A stretch of DNA of 35,890 nucleotides from Methyloceanibacter sp. (GTDB lineage Bacteria; Pseudomonadota; Alphaproteobacteria; Rhizobiales; Methyloligellaceae). The position numbers were made by a program, and so were the translations under genes. This document shows positions 26,968 through 35,890 of the stretch, piece by piece. The notes beneath the pieces were generated by a model, which was not told where the DNA came from, ran no database searches, and saw only the letters and a list, made by a program, of their open reading frames with translations. The stretch covers positions 1 to 35,890 of the forward strand of contig DATFVO010000075.1 in assembly GCA_035260265.1 (NCBI GenBank). Direction: 5' to 3'. Each line of letters opens with the position of its first letter. The first letter of the stretch is position 1.

Positions 26968-27723
26968 ATGGCGCAAGTAAATAAGTCCTTCGACGTGCCC
27001 GCAAAGTCCGAGATCGCGGCCTCTGCGCGGGCGCTTTTGCGACGCGTCTTCAAGGGGTCCCTCGCGACCATCGACCGCAGCAACGGATACCCCTATGGCT
27101 CGCTCATCACGGTCGCGACCGACGCCTCGGGGGCCCCGACCATGCTGATTTCGAACTTGGCGCGTCACACTGCAAACCTCGCCAAGGACCCGCGCGCCTC
27201 GATCATGCTCGACGAGACGGGGGCTCTCGCCGACCCGCTGCAAGGCGCGAGGATCACGGTTTGGGGTCGCGCCGAGAAGGATGCGGAAGAAGGGGTGAGG
27301 CGGAGATTTCTCGCCCGCCATCCAGAGGCTTCCTTCTATGCCGACTTCCCCGACTTCGCCTTTTGGCGGCTCGCGGTCGAAGGCGCTCATTACATCGGCG
27401 GCTTCGGACGTATCTTCGATCTCTCTCCAGGCGCCCTTCTGCTGCAAACCGAAGGCGCGAGGCGTCTTATCGATGCCGAGGCCGATATTGTCGAGCACAT
27501 GAACAGTCACCACGCCGACACCATCGAGCTTTACGCTAAGGCCGTGGGTGCCGCAGCCGGATCGTGGCGGATGACTGGCATCGATCCGGAAGGCTGCGAC
27601 ATCGTTCTCGATGGCGCCGCCCGGCGGATTCTGTTTGCAGTCCCAGTGAGGACACCGGCCGAAGCCCGCAAAGAACTGGTCAGGCTTGCGGGGGAGGCGC
27701 GCTCTAGCGCCGGACCAAACTAG
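26968..27723 (+). CDS. HugZ-like pyridoxamine 5'-phosphate oxidase family protein
   Basis: SLATID..GYPYGS, ISNLARHTANL..DPRAS, YADFPDF, GGFG, HMNSHHAD, GIDPEGCD; start ATG 26968. Confidence 0.88.
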   Translation: MAQVNKSFDVPAKSEIAASARALLRRVFKGSLATIDRSNGYPYGSLITVATDASGAPTMLISNLARHTANLAKDPRASIMLDETGALADPLQGARITVWGRAEKDAEEGVRRRFLARHPEASFYADFPDFAFWRLAVEGAHYIGGFGRIFDLSPGALLLQTEGARRLIDAEADIVEHMNSHHADTIELYAKAVGAAAGSWRMTGIDPEGCDIVLDGAARRILFAVPVRTPAEARKELVRLAGEARSSAGPN

Positions 27724-27754
27724 ACTCGCGCGAGCCACGCGAGGAGCATGGCGG

Positions 27755-29812
27755 GTGAAGCGACTCCTGGTAGCGATCCTTACTTTAGGTACGATGGCCG
27801 CCACCTTGGCGGTGCGGGCAGAGACGGCGAAGGAGCCCGAGAAACCGCTGCCCCCGGTGTTCGACCCGGCGGCCGTCGACCCCAGCGTCAACCCATGCTC
27901 CGACTTCTACCAATACGCTTGCGGCGCGTGGCTGAATACGAACCCGGTTCCACCCGACCATACAGATTGGTGGCGCTTCAGCGAGCTTGACGAGCATACC
28001 CGCAAGGTCTTGGCCTCGATCCTCGACGATGCTGCCGCAGGGAAGGGCGCAAACACCGAAAATCGTCGCAAGCTCGGCGACTTCTATGCGTCCTGCCTCG
28101 ACGAAGCGACGATTGAAACCAAGGGCCTGAAGCCCTTCGAACCAGAACTCGAGCGGATTGCCGCGCTCAAGGACAAGCGCGAGCTCGCCGCTGAGATCGC
28201 GCGCCTGCATCTGATCGGCGCGGCGGCCATGTTCTACTTCTCATCGACGCCTGACTACACTGACGCTGCGATGATGATCGCCGAGGCTGACCAGGATGGC
28301 TTCGCGCTGCCCGACCGCGACTACTATCTCACCGACGATTACAAAAGCGAACGCGCCGAGTACCGACATCATCTCGAGCGCATTTTCCGGCTGCTCGGCG
28401 ACGATACGAAGAAGGCTAAGGCGGAGGCTGACGCCACGCTTCGCGTCGAGACGGCACTTGCCAAAGCCGCAATGAGCTTGGTCGATCGCCGCGAGCCGAA
28501 GAACATTCACCACAAGACGACGCTTGCGGAATTCGTGAAGCTCGCGCCGTCATTCGACTGGACGACCTACCTCGCTGAAATCGGCGCCCCCCCATTCGTA
28601 TCGTTGGATGTAGCCGACCCCGGCTTCTTCCAGGGCCTGGAAGCGTCGCTGAAGTCCTTCTCGCTTGATGACTGGAGGGCCTATCTCCGCTGGACGTTCA
28701 TTGACGGATTACTCTCGGCGGCGCCCAAAGCCTTCGTCGATGAGGATTTCGCGTTCTTCGGCAAGCGGCTCGACGGCCAGGAGCAGATCGAGCCGCGCTG
28801 GAAACGCTGCATCGATGCCACTGACGATCAGCTCGGCGACGCGCTGAGCGAGGCCTATGTGCAGCATGCGTTCAGCCCGGAGGCGAAGGAGCGCGTGCTC
28901 AAGATGATGCGCGAGGTCGCGAAGGCCTTCGAGACCGACATCAAGTCGCTCACCTGGATGAGCGACGAAACGAAAGCGCGCGCTCTCGAGAAGCTCGCCA
29001 ATGTTGGCTTCAAGGTCGGCTATCCCGAGAAGTGGCTCGACTATTCGAAGCTCGAAATCGCGCGCGGCGACGTTTTCGGGAATCTGACGCGCGCTTCGAA
29101 GTTCGATGTGCGGGATGACCTCGCCAAGATCGGCAAGCCGGTCGATCGCGACGAATGGGGCATGACCGCCCCCACCGACAACTCCTATTACGATGAGCAG
29201 TTGAACGCGATCTACTTTCCCGCCGGTGTCCTCCAGCCGCCCAATTTCGACATGGCTGCCGACGATGCGGCTAATTACGGCAACCTCGCTTCGCTCATCG
29301 GTCACGAGCTGACCCACGGCTTCGACGATGAGGGCCGCCACTACGATGCGCAGGGCAACCTGAAGGACTGGTGGACGAAAGAGGACGCTGCTTCGTTCGA
29401 CGCGCGTGCCGCGGGCCTCGTTCGCGAATACAATGTGTTCGTCGCTGTCAAAGGTCGGGGCGGCCGGTCCACGGACGTCCACGTGAACGGAGAACTGACG
29501 CTCGGCGAGAACACGGCGGACAATGGCGGCGCGCGGCTTTCTTATGAAGCGTTCCGGACTGCGCCGGGCGCGAAGGCAGGGTCCGATGCTCACGGCTTTA
29601 CTCTGGAACAGCGCTTCTTCTTGAGCTACGCCCAGGGCTGGTGCGAGAACCACACGGAGGAATCGGCCAGAGAAGACGCTAAGACTAACCCGCATGCCCC
29701 CGGCAAATATCGCGTCAACGGCGTGCTCGCGAACCTGGAAGGCTTTCGTAAGGCGTTTGTCTGCAAGACAGGCACACCCATGGCTCCGGATAAGATCAAC
29801 CGGGTCTGGTAG
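27755..29812 (+). CDS. Secreted M13 (neprilysin/PepO-like) zinc metallopeptidase
   Basis: Signal peptide; PCSDFYQYACGAW, GHELTHGFDD (HExxH), GENTADNGG, HAPGKYRVNG; GAGGAG SD before GTG 27755. Confidence 0.95.
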   Translation: MKRLLVAILTLGTMAATLAVRAETAKEPEKPLPPVFDPAAVDPSVNPCSDFYQYACGAWLNTNPVPPDHTDWWRFSELDEHTRKVLASILDDAAAGKGANTENRRKLGDFYASCLDEATIETKGLKPFEPELERIAALKDKRELAAEIARLHLIGAAAMFYFSSTPDYTDAAMMIAEADQDGFALPDRDYYLTDDYKSERAEYRHHLERIFRLLGDDTKKAKAEADATLRVETALAKAAMSLVDRREPKNIHHKTTLAEFVKLAPSFDWTTYLAEIGAPPFVSLDVADPGFFQGLEASLKSFSLDDWRAYLRWTFIDGLLSAAPKAFVDEDFAFFGKRLDGQEQIEPRWKRCIDATDDQLGDALSEAYVQHAFSPEAKERVLKMMREVAKAFETDIKSLTWMSDETKARALEKLANVGFKVGYPEKWLDYSKLEIARGDVFGNLTRASKFDVRDDLAKIGKPVDRDEWGMTAPTDNSYYDEQLNAIYFPAGVLQPPNFDMAADDAANYGNLASLIGHELTHGFDDEGRHYDAQGNLKDWWTKEDAASFDARAAGLVREYNVFVAVKGRGGRSTDVHVNGELTLGENTADNGGARLSYEAFRTAPGAKAGSDAHGFTLEQRFFLSYAQGWCENHTEESAREDAKTNPHAPGKYRVNGVLANLEGFRKAFVCKTGTPMAPDKINRVW

Positions 29813-29825
29813 GTAAGCAAAGCTC

Positions 29826-29861
29826 CGTGAGTATGTCTGGAGTCGCGAGTATGTCTGGAGT
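29826..29861 (+). repeat. 18-bp tandem duplication
   Basis: CGTGAGTATGTCTGGAGT followed directly by CGCGAGTATGTCTGGAGT (17/18 identical). Confidence 0.9.
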
Positions 29862-29867
29862 GAAGCA

Positions 29868-30392
29868 ATGACCGCTCGGCAAACGCTCGGTGGCCTCGCT
29901 CTTCCCCTCGTGATCGGTTTGCTCGCCTTCTCCGGCACAGCTCCCGCCAAAGAGCATTGGGCCACCTGCTTAAATCCGCGCTTCGGCGCCGCGGCCGACT
30001 ATCCGGCGGACCTCTTCACCGTAAAGGATGCGCCGCCGGAGAATGGCGACGGGCAGACTTTTCACACCGCGGATGGGCGCGCGGAGTTGGCGATCTATGG
30101 CGGCTACAACATCGATGGCGAGCGGCCGGAGGCCTACCTCTCACATAACGTTAACCTCAGCGACGTCACCTATAAGAAGATCGGTTCCGATTTTTACGCG
30201 GTGTCCGGAGCCCGCGGTGCGAACATCTATTACGAGCGCTGCAACTTTCCGAACCGTGATGTGCTGAGCTGCTTCTACGTCTCCTACCCAGCCACGGACC
30301 CAAATTGGGCAATCCTTGCATCTTGCTCAGACGGGCTCCCAGTAGCCGGTACGGCAAGGCCTTGTGCCCCCCTGGCGCTGCCCTTGCCTTGA
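29868..30392 (+). CDS. Secreted hypothetical protein, C-terminus possibly degenerate
   Basis: Signal peptide; NPRFG...[18 protein letters not shown]....IYYERC, SYPA motifs resembling an alphaproteobacterial periplasmic hypothetical family (recalled). Confidence 0.7.
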   Translation: MTARQTLGGLALPLVIGLLAFSGTAPAKEHWATCLNPRFGAAADYPADLFTVKDAPPENGDGQTFHTADGRAELAIYGGYNIDGERPEAYLSHNVNLSDVTYKKIGSDFYAVSGARGANIYYERCNFPNRDVLSCFYVSYPATDPNWAILASCSDGLPVAGTARPCAPLALPLP

Positions 30393-30468
30393 AAGCCCGC
30401 CAATTTCAGTGCTAGGTGAGACAAGGCCTCGCCAGAAATCCACTAACTCGCGCCAGGAAACCGCCCGC

Positions 30469-32307
30469 ATGAGCGTACAGCCAAAAATCGCGCCTGAAGC
30501 ATCGAAGATTGCGCCTGAAGGAGCAAAGACGACAAATCCGAAGGTGCTCGCCTTCGTCGAAGAGGCGGGCGCGCGGTTCAAGCCGGAGGCGGTGCGCTGG
30601 TGCGACGGCTCGAAGGCCGAATACCAGGAGCTTCTGAAGCTGCTCGTCGATTGCGGCACGGCGATGTGGCTGAACCCAGAAAAGCGCAAAAATTCGATCC
30701 TGGTGCGCTCTGACCCCGCCGACGTCGCCCGCGTCGAGGACCAGACCTATATCTGCTCGAAGTCGAAAGACGACGCCGGGCCGACCAACAACTGGTTCGA
30801 TCCGGCCGAGATGAAGGCCACGCTGACCAAGCTCTATGATGGCGCCATGGTCGGCCGCACCATGTATGTGTTGCCTTATTCGATGGGCCCGGTCGGCTCT
30901 CCCATCGCTGGCATCGGCATCATGATTACCGACAGTGCTTACGCCGTTGCCAACATGCACATCATGACGCGGGTCGGCGACAAGGTGCTGAAGGCGCTCG
31001 GCCAGAGCGAAGACTTCGTGCGCGGCTTGCACACTGTGGGCTATCCCTTGCCGACGCCACAGACCGCCGACGTGCCGTGGCCCTGTAACAAGACGAAGTA
31101 CATCTCGCATTTCCCCGAGACGCGCGAGATCTGGTCCTACGGCTCTGGCTATGGCGGCAATGCGCTACTCGGCAAGAAGTGCCATGCGCTGAGGATCGCG
31201 AGCGTCAAGGCGCGCGACGAGGGCTGGATGGCCGAGCACATGCTGATCCTCAAGCTCACCAATCCGGAGGGCAAAGTGAAGTACATGGCCGCTGCCTTCC
31301 CAAGCGCGTGCGGCAAGACCAACCTCGCCATGCTCAATCCCACCATCCCCGGTTGGAAGGCGGAGACCATCGGCGACGACATTTGCTGGATGAAGTTCGG
31401 TGCTGACGGCAGGCTCTACGCCATCAATCCCGAGACCGGCTTCTTCGGCGTGGCGCCTGGTACCTCAGAGGCGAGCAATCTCAACGCCATGAAGGCGCTG
31501 AACGAGAATTGCATCTTCACCAATGTCGGGCTCACCGACGACGAAGATGTTTATTGGGAGCAGATGACTGCAGAGGAGCCGGCGCGAGCGATTGACTGGA
31601 TGAGGCGTCCATGGTCGCCGAAGTCGGGACGTCCGGCAGCGCATCCTAACGCGCGCTTCACCGCTCCTGCAGCGCAATGTCCGGTGATCGCGCCGGAGTG
31701 GGAGGACCCGAAAGGCGTGCCCATCGATGCGATCATGTTCGGCGGGCGCCGCGCCACCGTCGTCCCGCTCGTCATCGAGGCGACCGGCTGGAAGCACGGC
31801 ACGTTCCTGGGTTCGATCATGGCGTCGGAGAAGACTGCGGCTGCGGCCGGCAAGATCGGCGATCTCCGGCGCGATCCGATGGCCATGCTGCCCTTCTGCG
31901 GCTACCACATGGGCGACTATTTCGCCCATTGGCTGAAGATGGGCGAGAAGGGCGGCAACAAGATGCCGAAGATCTTCTACGTGAATTGGTTCCGGAAGGA
32001 CGGCAACGGCAAGTTCATGTGGCCCGGCTATGCTGAGAACTCGCGCGTGCTGAAATGGATCTTCGAGCGCTGCGACGGCACGGCCAAGGCGGTCGATACG
32101 CCGATCGGCCGGCTTCCTGCCGAGGGGTCGCTCGATGTCTCCGGGCTCAAGGTTGCGCCAGACACGGTCAAGGCGCTGACCACTGTCGATGTCGAAGGTT
32201 GGAAGGCGGAGCTTCCGCTGATCAAGGATCATTTCGCCATCTTTGGCGCGAAGCTACCCAAGAGTTTGGGAGAGGAGTTCTCCGCGCTCGAGCGGCGTTT
32301 GGGCTGA
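30469..32307 (+). CDS. pckG: Phosphoenolpyruvate carboxykinase (GTP)
   Basis: [78 protein letters not shown]; start ATG 30469. Confidence 0.97.
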   Translation: MSVQPKIAPEASKIAPEGAKTTNPKVLAFVEEAGARFKPEAVRWCDGSKAEYQELLKLLVDCGTAMWLNPEKRKNSILVRSDPADVARVEDQTYICSKSKDDAGPTNNWFDPAEMKATLTKLYDGAMVGRTMYVLPYSMGPVGSPIAGIGIMITDSAYAVANMHIMTRVGDKVLKALGQSEDFVRGLHTVGYPLPTPQTADVPWPCNKTKYISHFPETREIWSYGSGYGGNALLGKKCHALRIASVKARDEGWMAEHMLILKLTNPEGKVKYMAAAFPSACGKTNLAMLNPTIPGWKAETIGDDICWMKFGADGRLYAINPETGFFGVAPGTSEASNLNAMKALNENCIFTNVGLTDDEDVYWEQMTAEEPARAIDWMRRPWSPKSGRPAAHPNARFTAPAAQCPVIAPEWEDPKGVPIDAIMFGGRRATVVPLVIEATGWKHGTFLGSIMASEKTAAAAGKIGDLRRDPMAMLPFCGYHMGDYFAHWLKMGEKGGNKMPKIFYVNWFRKDGNGKFMWPGYAENSRVLKWIFERCDGTAKAVDTPIGRLPAEGSLDVSGLKVAPDTVKALTTVDVEGWKAELPLIKDHFAIFGAKLPKSLGEEFSALERRLG

Positions 32308-32377
32308 GCTCCGTCTATTCCATTGGCTCGGCATGGCCGGGCTTGCCGCGCCGGCGGGTTCGCCCTAGGCAAACTTC

Positions 32378-33901
32378 ATGAGCAACACCAAAGGCGTGGT
32401 TGCAGCGGGCCATGAGCTGACCGCACGCGCCGGCGCCGAAATCCTCGAAGACGGCGGCAACGCCTTCGACGCGGCGCTTGCCGGCGTCTTCATGACCTTC
32501 GTCGCCGAGGCGGTCTTTTCATCGCCCGGCGGCGGCGGTTTCCTCATGGCGAGGCGCGACGGCAGCGACTCCGTGAAGCTATTCGACTTCTTCACCGAGA
32601 CGCCGCGGAGGTGTCGGCAGGCAAACGAGGTCGCGTTCTTCCCTATCTATGCCGATTTCGGTCCTGCCAAGCAGGAGTTCTATATCGGGCTTGGATCCAG
32701 CGCGACGCCGGGCGCGGTGCCAGGGCTGTTCCTGTGGCACGAGGCACTTTGCACGCTGCCGATGAAACGCCTGATCGAGCCGGCGGTGCGTGCCGCGCGC
32801 ATAGGTTTCGCCCTGACCGAATTCCAGGCCTACCTCTTCACCGTCATCGCCCCGATCCTCACCGCAAGCGGTGGCGTATCCAAGATCTTCGCACCTAGCG
32901 GCAAGCTGATGAAGGCCGGGGGGACCTTTCGCAACGAGGGACTCGCCGAGACGCTTGAATGGCTCGCGGAGGATGGTGCGCGGCTGTTCGTCGACGGCGA
33001 TGTGGGCAAGGCAATCGTGGCGCAGTCGCGCTCGCTCGGCGGACATCTCACTTCTGACGATCTCAAGCATTACCGCGTCGAATTGCGCGAGCCGCTTTAC
33101 TGGCGGCACAGAGACGCGACGGTCGCGCTCAATCCTCCGCCGGCGGCAAGCGGGCCGCTAATCGCCTTCGGTCTCGCCTATATCGAGGCGCTGCAAGGGG
33201 TGGGTGGCAAGATTGACGCAATCGCGCTCAAGCGCGCCATGGAGGCGACCAACGAAGCGCGCATCACCCATGGGGAGGGACTCGCCGCGCGACTCGCCGG
33301 AGGTGTGCTTGCTCGAGAGCTGCGCGAGGCTCAGCGCCATCCGCAGGCTTATCGCGGCACGACCCATGTCAGCGTGATCGACGCGAAGGGAAACGCAGCC
33401 TCTGTCAGTCTCTCCAACGGCGAGGGCAACGGTTATATCGTCGGAAACTTCGGCTTCATGCTGAACAATATGCTCGGCGAGGAGGACTTGGCGGCCGGAG
33501 GACTCCACGCCTGGCGGGAAGACACGCGGCTCTCATCAATGATGGCGCCCACAATCATCCTAGAGGCCGATGGAACAGTGACGGCGCTCGGCACCGGCGG
33601 CTCGAACCGCATCAGAACCGCGATTCTCCAGGTCGCCGTCAATCTGCTCGACCACGGCATGAGCTTGCAGGACGCCGTCGAGGCGCCACGGCTTCATGTC
33701 GAGCCTGACGGCAAGACGAGCTTCGAGCCATGCCTGCCGGAGGCTGCGCAGTCGGAGTTCCTTGCGCTCGGCGAGAAGGCGCATGCCTGGCCTGCGCAGA
33801 ACCTGTTCTTCGGCGGGGTGCATGCTGCGCGCCGCCATCCTGGAGAAGGAATGGAAGGTGCCGGCGATCCGCGCCGCCAGGGTCAGACAAGGGTGGTGTA
33901 G
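32378..33901 (+). CDS. Gamma-glutamyltransferase family (Ntn hydrolase), no signal peptide
   Basis: GGNAFDAA, PGGGGF, TTHVSVID (nucleophile Thr), LNNMLGE, SSMMAPTI, GGSNRI, GAGDPRR. Confidence 0.92.
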   Translation: MSNTKGVVAAGHELTARAGAEILEDGGNAFDAALAGVFMTFVAEAVFSSPGGGGFLMARRDGSDSVKLFDFFTETPRRCRQANEVAFFPIYADFGPAKQEFYIGLGSSATPGAVPGLFLWHEALCTLPMKRLIEPAVRAARIGFALTEFQAYLFTVIAPILTASGGVSKIFAPSGKLMKAGGTFRNEGLAETLEWLAEDGARLFVDGDVGKAIVAQSRSLGGHLTSDDLKHYRVELREPLYWRHRDATVALNPPPAASGPLIAFGLAYIEALQGVGGKIDAIALKRAMEATNEARITHGEGLAARLAGGVLARELREAQRHPQAYRGTTHVSVIDAKGNAASVSLSNGEGNGYIVGNFGFMLNNMLGEEDLAAGGLHAWREDTRLSSMMAPTIILEADGTVTALGTGGSNRIRTAILQVAVNLLDHGMSLQDAVEAPRLHVEPDGKTSFEPCLPEAAQSEFLALGEKAHAWPAQNLFFGGVHAARRHPGEGMEGAGDPRRQGQTRVV

Positions 33902-34010
33902 CTGCGCTGTCCTATGTCGCAAACCGTCAATCAGATGTCGCTAATCGTCAAATAGGCGTTGGCCGCTCGGCACAAAATGCGCCAGTGCTGGAGCCTCTGA
34001 GAGAAGCATC

Positions 34011-34718
34011 ATGAAGAACGCAATCGCCATTCGCCACGTCGCTTTCGAAGATGCGGGCACGCTCGCCGGCGTGCTGAAGGACCGCGGCATCGCGCTCCAC
34101 TACGTCGAGGCCGGCGTGGACGATCTCAGCCCGGCAAAGACTGCCGACCTCCTCGTCGTGCTCGGCGGACCGATCGGCATCTACGAGGTCGATCGCTATC
34201 CCTTCCTGAAGGGGGAGCTCGCGACCATCGAAACGGCGGTGAAGAAGGGCGTGCCTACAATAGGGATTTGTCTCGGCTGCCAGGCGCTTGCTGCGGTTCT
34301 TGCGGCACGCGTCTATCCGGGCAAGGAGAAGGAGCTCGGCTGGGACGAGATGATGTTGACCAAAGAGGGCAAAGCCTCTCCGCTTGGCGCGATCGACGGC
34401 GTTCGCGTGCTGAACTGGCATGGCGACACATTCGACTTGCCGTCCGGCGCGACGCGGCTCGCCTTGACCAAGATCACTCCGAATCAGGCCTTCACCTACG
34501 GTCCCAAAGTGCTCGCGCTGCAATTCCATGTGGAACTTCCCCAGAGAGACCTTGAGCGCTGGCTGATCGGGCACACGCTGGAGCTTGCCAACTCCAAGGT
34601 CGATCTCGCCAAGATGCGGGCCGAAACTGCGCGCTTCGCGCCAGCCGCCAACGCAGCGGGCACTCGCCTGTTCAACGATTGGCTCAACGGAATTAGCGCC
34701 TCATCCGCCGCCGCCTGA
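34011..34718 (+). CDS. Class I glutamine amidotransferase-like protein
   Basis: VLGGPIG, GICLGCQ (Cys nucleophile), WHGDTFDLP, LQFHVE. Confidence 0.92.
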   Translation: MKNAIAIRHVAFEDAGTLAGVLKDRGIALHYVEAGVDDLSPAKTADLLVVLGGPIGIYEVDRYPFLKGELATIETAVKKGVPTIGICLGCQALAAVLAARVYPGKEKELGWDEMMLTKEGKASPLGAIDGVRVLNWHGDTFDLPSGATRLALTKITPNQAFTYGPKVLALQFHVELPQRDLERWLIGHTLELANSKVDLAKMRAETARFAPAANAAGTRLFNDWLNGISASSAAA

Positions 34719-34720
34719 AT

Positions 34721-35215
34721 TTATAGCGGCGTTTGCGGCTTACGCTCTTCGGGCGGCGTCACCGTCTCGCCCGGCTGGGTCGGCAGCTCCTTGGTTTCGG
34801 GGCTCGTCACAATCTCGCTCTTGGCATTCAACCAGGTCGACGCGTAGGTCGCGCCATTGCTGCGCTTGGTGAGATGGGTCCATACCACCTCACCGGGATA
34901 ATAGTAGACGGCCCACGGGCCAACGATCGATTTCGGCACGGCGCGCCAGGTTACGAGCACAGACTCGCCGGGCTTCACGTCGCCCTTCTTGACCTCCTTC
35001 ACTTCGAGCTTGGCGAGATAGCTGGGAAGGTCTTCGCCCGTCTGCTCGTCCTTGGTGACGGTGGTGCACGTCACGGAGAGCACGCGGACGAGCGCAACGA
35101 GATCGCTCTTGTCGGTGAGCTCCTGCTCGGACAGCGGCGCGGGCACGGCTAGGGCAGCCGTGGCGATGCCGCCGGCAAGTAACGTAAGGGCAAGCATTGT
35201 GAACAAGCGGATCAT
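34721..35215 (-). CDS. Secreted hypothetical protein, paralogue 1
   Basis: Signal peptide ending ALA; shares KSDLVALVRVLSVTCT and GPW.VYYYPGE.V.THL with the upstream gene. Confidence 0.85.
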   Translation of the reverse strand: MIRLFTMLALTLLAGGIATAALAVPAPLSEQELTDKSDLVALVRVLSVTCTTVTKDEQTGEDLPSYLAKLEVKEVKKGDVKPGESVLVTWRAVPKSIVGPWAVYYYPGEVVWTHLTKRSNGATYASTWLNAKSEIVTSPETKELPTQPGETVTPPEERKPQTPL

Positions 35216-35246
35216 CGGACTTCCTTCGCAGCTTGCCTAGGCATCG

Positions 35247-35732
35247 TCAATTGCCGGGGTGGCTGGTGCGGCGCGGCACCTCGACCGTCTCGCCGGTCTT
35301 AGTCGGCAGCTCGGTGATGATGGGCTTGTTGACCAGCTCCCCGCGGCCGTTCCACCAGGTCGTGGTATAGGCATCGCCGTCGCGAACCAGATGGGTAAAC
35401 ACCATCTCGCCAGGGTAGTAGTAGACGGTCCAAGGTCCAAGAAGGTCGGTCGGGACGGCGTGGAAGGTGATGCTGACGTCGTCGCCTTTTGCCACGTCGC
35501 CTTTGACGACTTCCATCAGCTCGGCATTGGCTTTGTAGCTCGGCAGTGCCTCGCCGGTACGCTCGTCCTTGTCGACGCCAGTGCACGTGACCGAGAGGAC
35601 GCGGACGAGCGCGACGAGATCGCTCTTGGCGAGGAGCTCATCGTCGGACATCGGCGCAGCCAGCGCGAGCGCAGGGCCGGCAACGAAGCCCAACAGCAGG
35701 AAGAAGCTGGAAAGGAGCAGGGATCGGCGCAT
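35247..35732 (-). CDS. Secreted hypothetical protein, paralogue 2
   Basis: Signal peptide ending ALA; colinear with 34721-35215; GAGGA SD. Confidence 0.85.
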   Translation of the reverse strand: MRRSLLLSSFFLLLGFVAGPALALAAPMSDDELLAKSDLVALVRVLSVTCTGVDKDERTGEALPSYKANAELMEVVKGDVAKGDDVSITFHAVPTDLLGPWTVYYYPGEMVFTHLVRDGDAYTTTWWNGRGELVNKPIITELPTKTGETVEVPRRTSHPGN

Positions 35733-35747
35733 TGGATTCCTCTGAGC

Positions 35748-35890
35748 CTAAGTCGCCGGCGCGGGCTCTATCGCGCTCTCGGGCGGCGGGCTCGCAGCCT
35801 CCGCCTGCAAGTGCCAAATTCTGTCGATGATCGCGATCAAGATGAGATCGAGCGGAATGTCGAGCGCGTCGGATGCGATCGAGATCCCCG
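35748..35890 (-). CDS. 3' end of a probable membrane protein running off the window
   Basis: Reads GISIASDALDIPLDLILIAIIDRIWHLQAEAASPPPESAIEPAPAT* (stop 35748-35750); too short to assign a family. Confidence 0.55.
   Translation of the reverse strand, partial: GISIASDALDIPLDLILIAIIDRIWHLQAEAASPPPESAIEPAPAT

Noticed and set aside
26623-29965. Long antisense ORFs (26623-27891, 28709-29965) and similar ones across the window
   Set aside because: Shadow frames of well-supported genes in high-GC DNA, with no motifs of their own.
1-35890. CRISPR arrays, tRNA or rRNA genes
   Set aside because: No regularly spaced repeat-spacer series or RNA gene signatures were seen; intergenic gaps are short and mostly explained.

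Overview
GC-rich alphaproteobacterial chromosome segment; gene order points to Hyphomicrobiales/Rhizobiales, which is an inference. Most of it is conserved core: sppA(3' end)-ihfB-LapA-like-trpFBA-accD-folC on +, then a long - strand block chvI-chvG-hprK-EIIA-HPr-[CBS, HIG1-like]-ahcY-divL-tsaE/amgK-murU-addB-addA-trxA. These are followed by a HugZ-like gene, an M13 peptidase, a secreted hypothetical, GTP-type PEPCK, GGT, a class I GATase and two tandem secreted paralogues. The main anomaly is a ~1.9 kb tyrosine-integrase element (13496-15414) inserted exactly at the murU/addB overlap. It has a 13-bp direct repeat with a lambda-like core (5-bp inverted repeats around a 7-bp spacer in the left copy), paired arm-type repeats and IHF-like sites at both ends. 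It separates addB from its apparent native GTG start and supplies a new in-frame ATG and 12-aa N-terminus. Its integrase is multiply inactivated. Other points of note are an EcfG-type promoter upstream of two apparently fused small stress genes between HPr and ahcY, a DivL that seems to lack one PAS domain, GTP-PEPCK near chvI, and a hybrid palindromic repeat between folC and trxA. All family calls come from recognising motifs by eye; no database searches were run.
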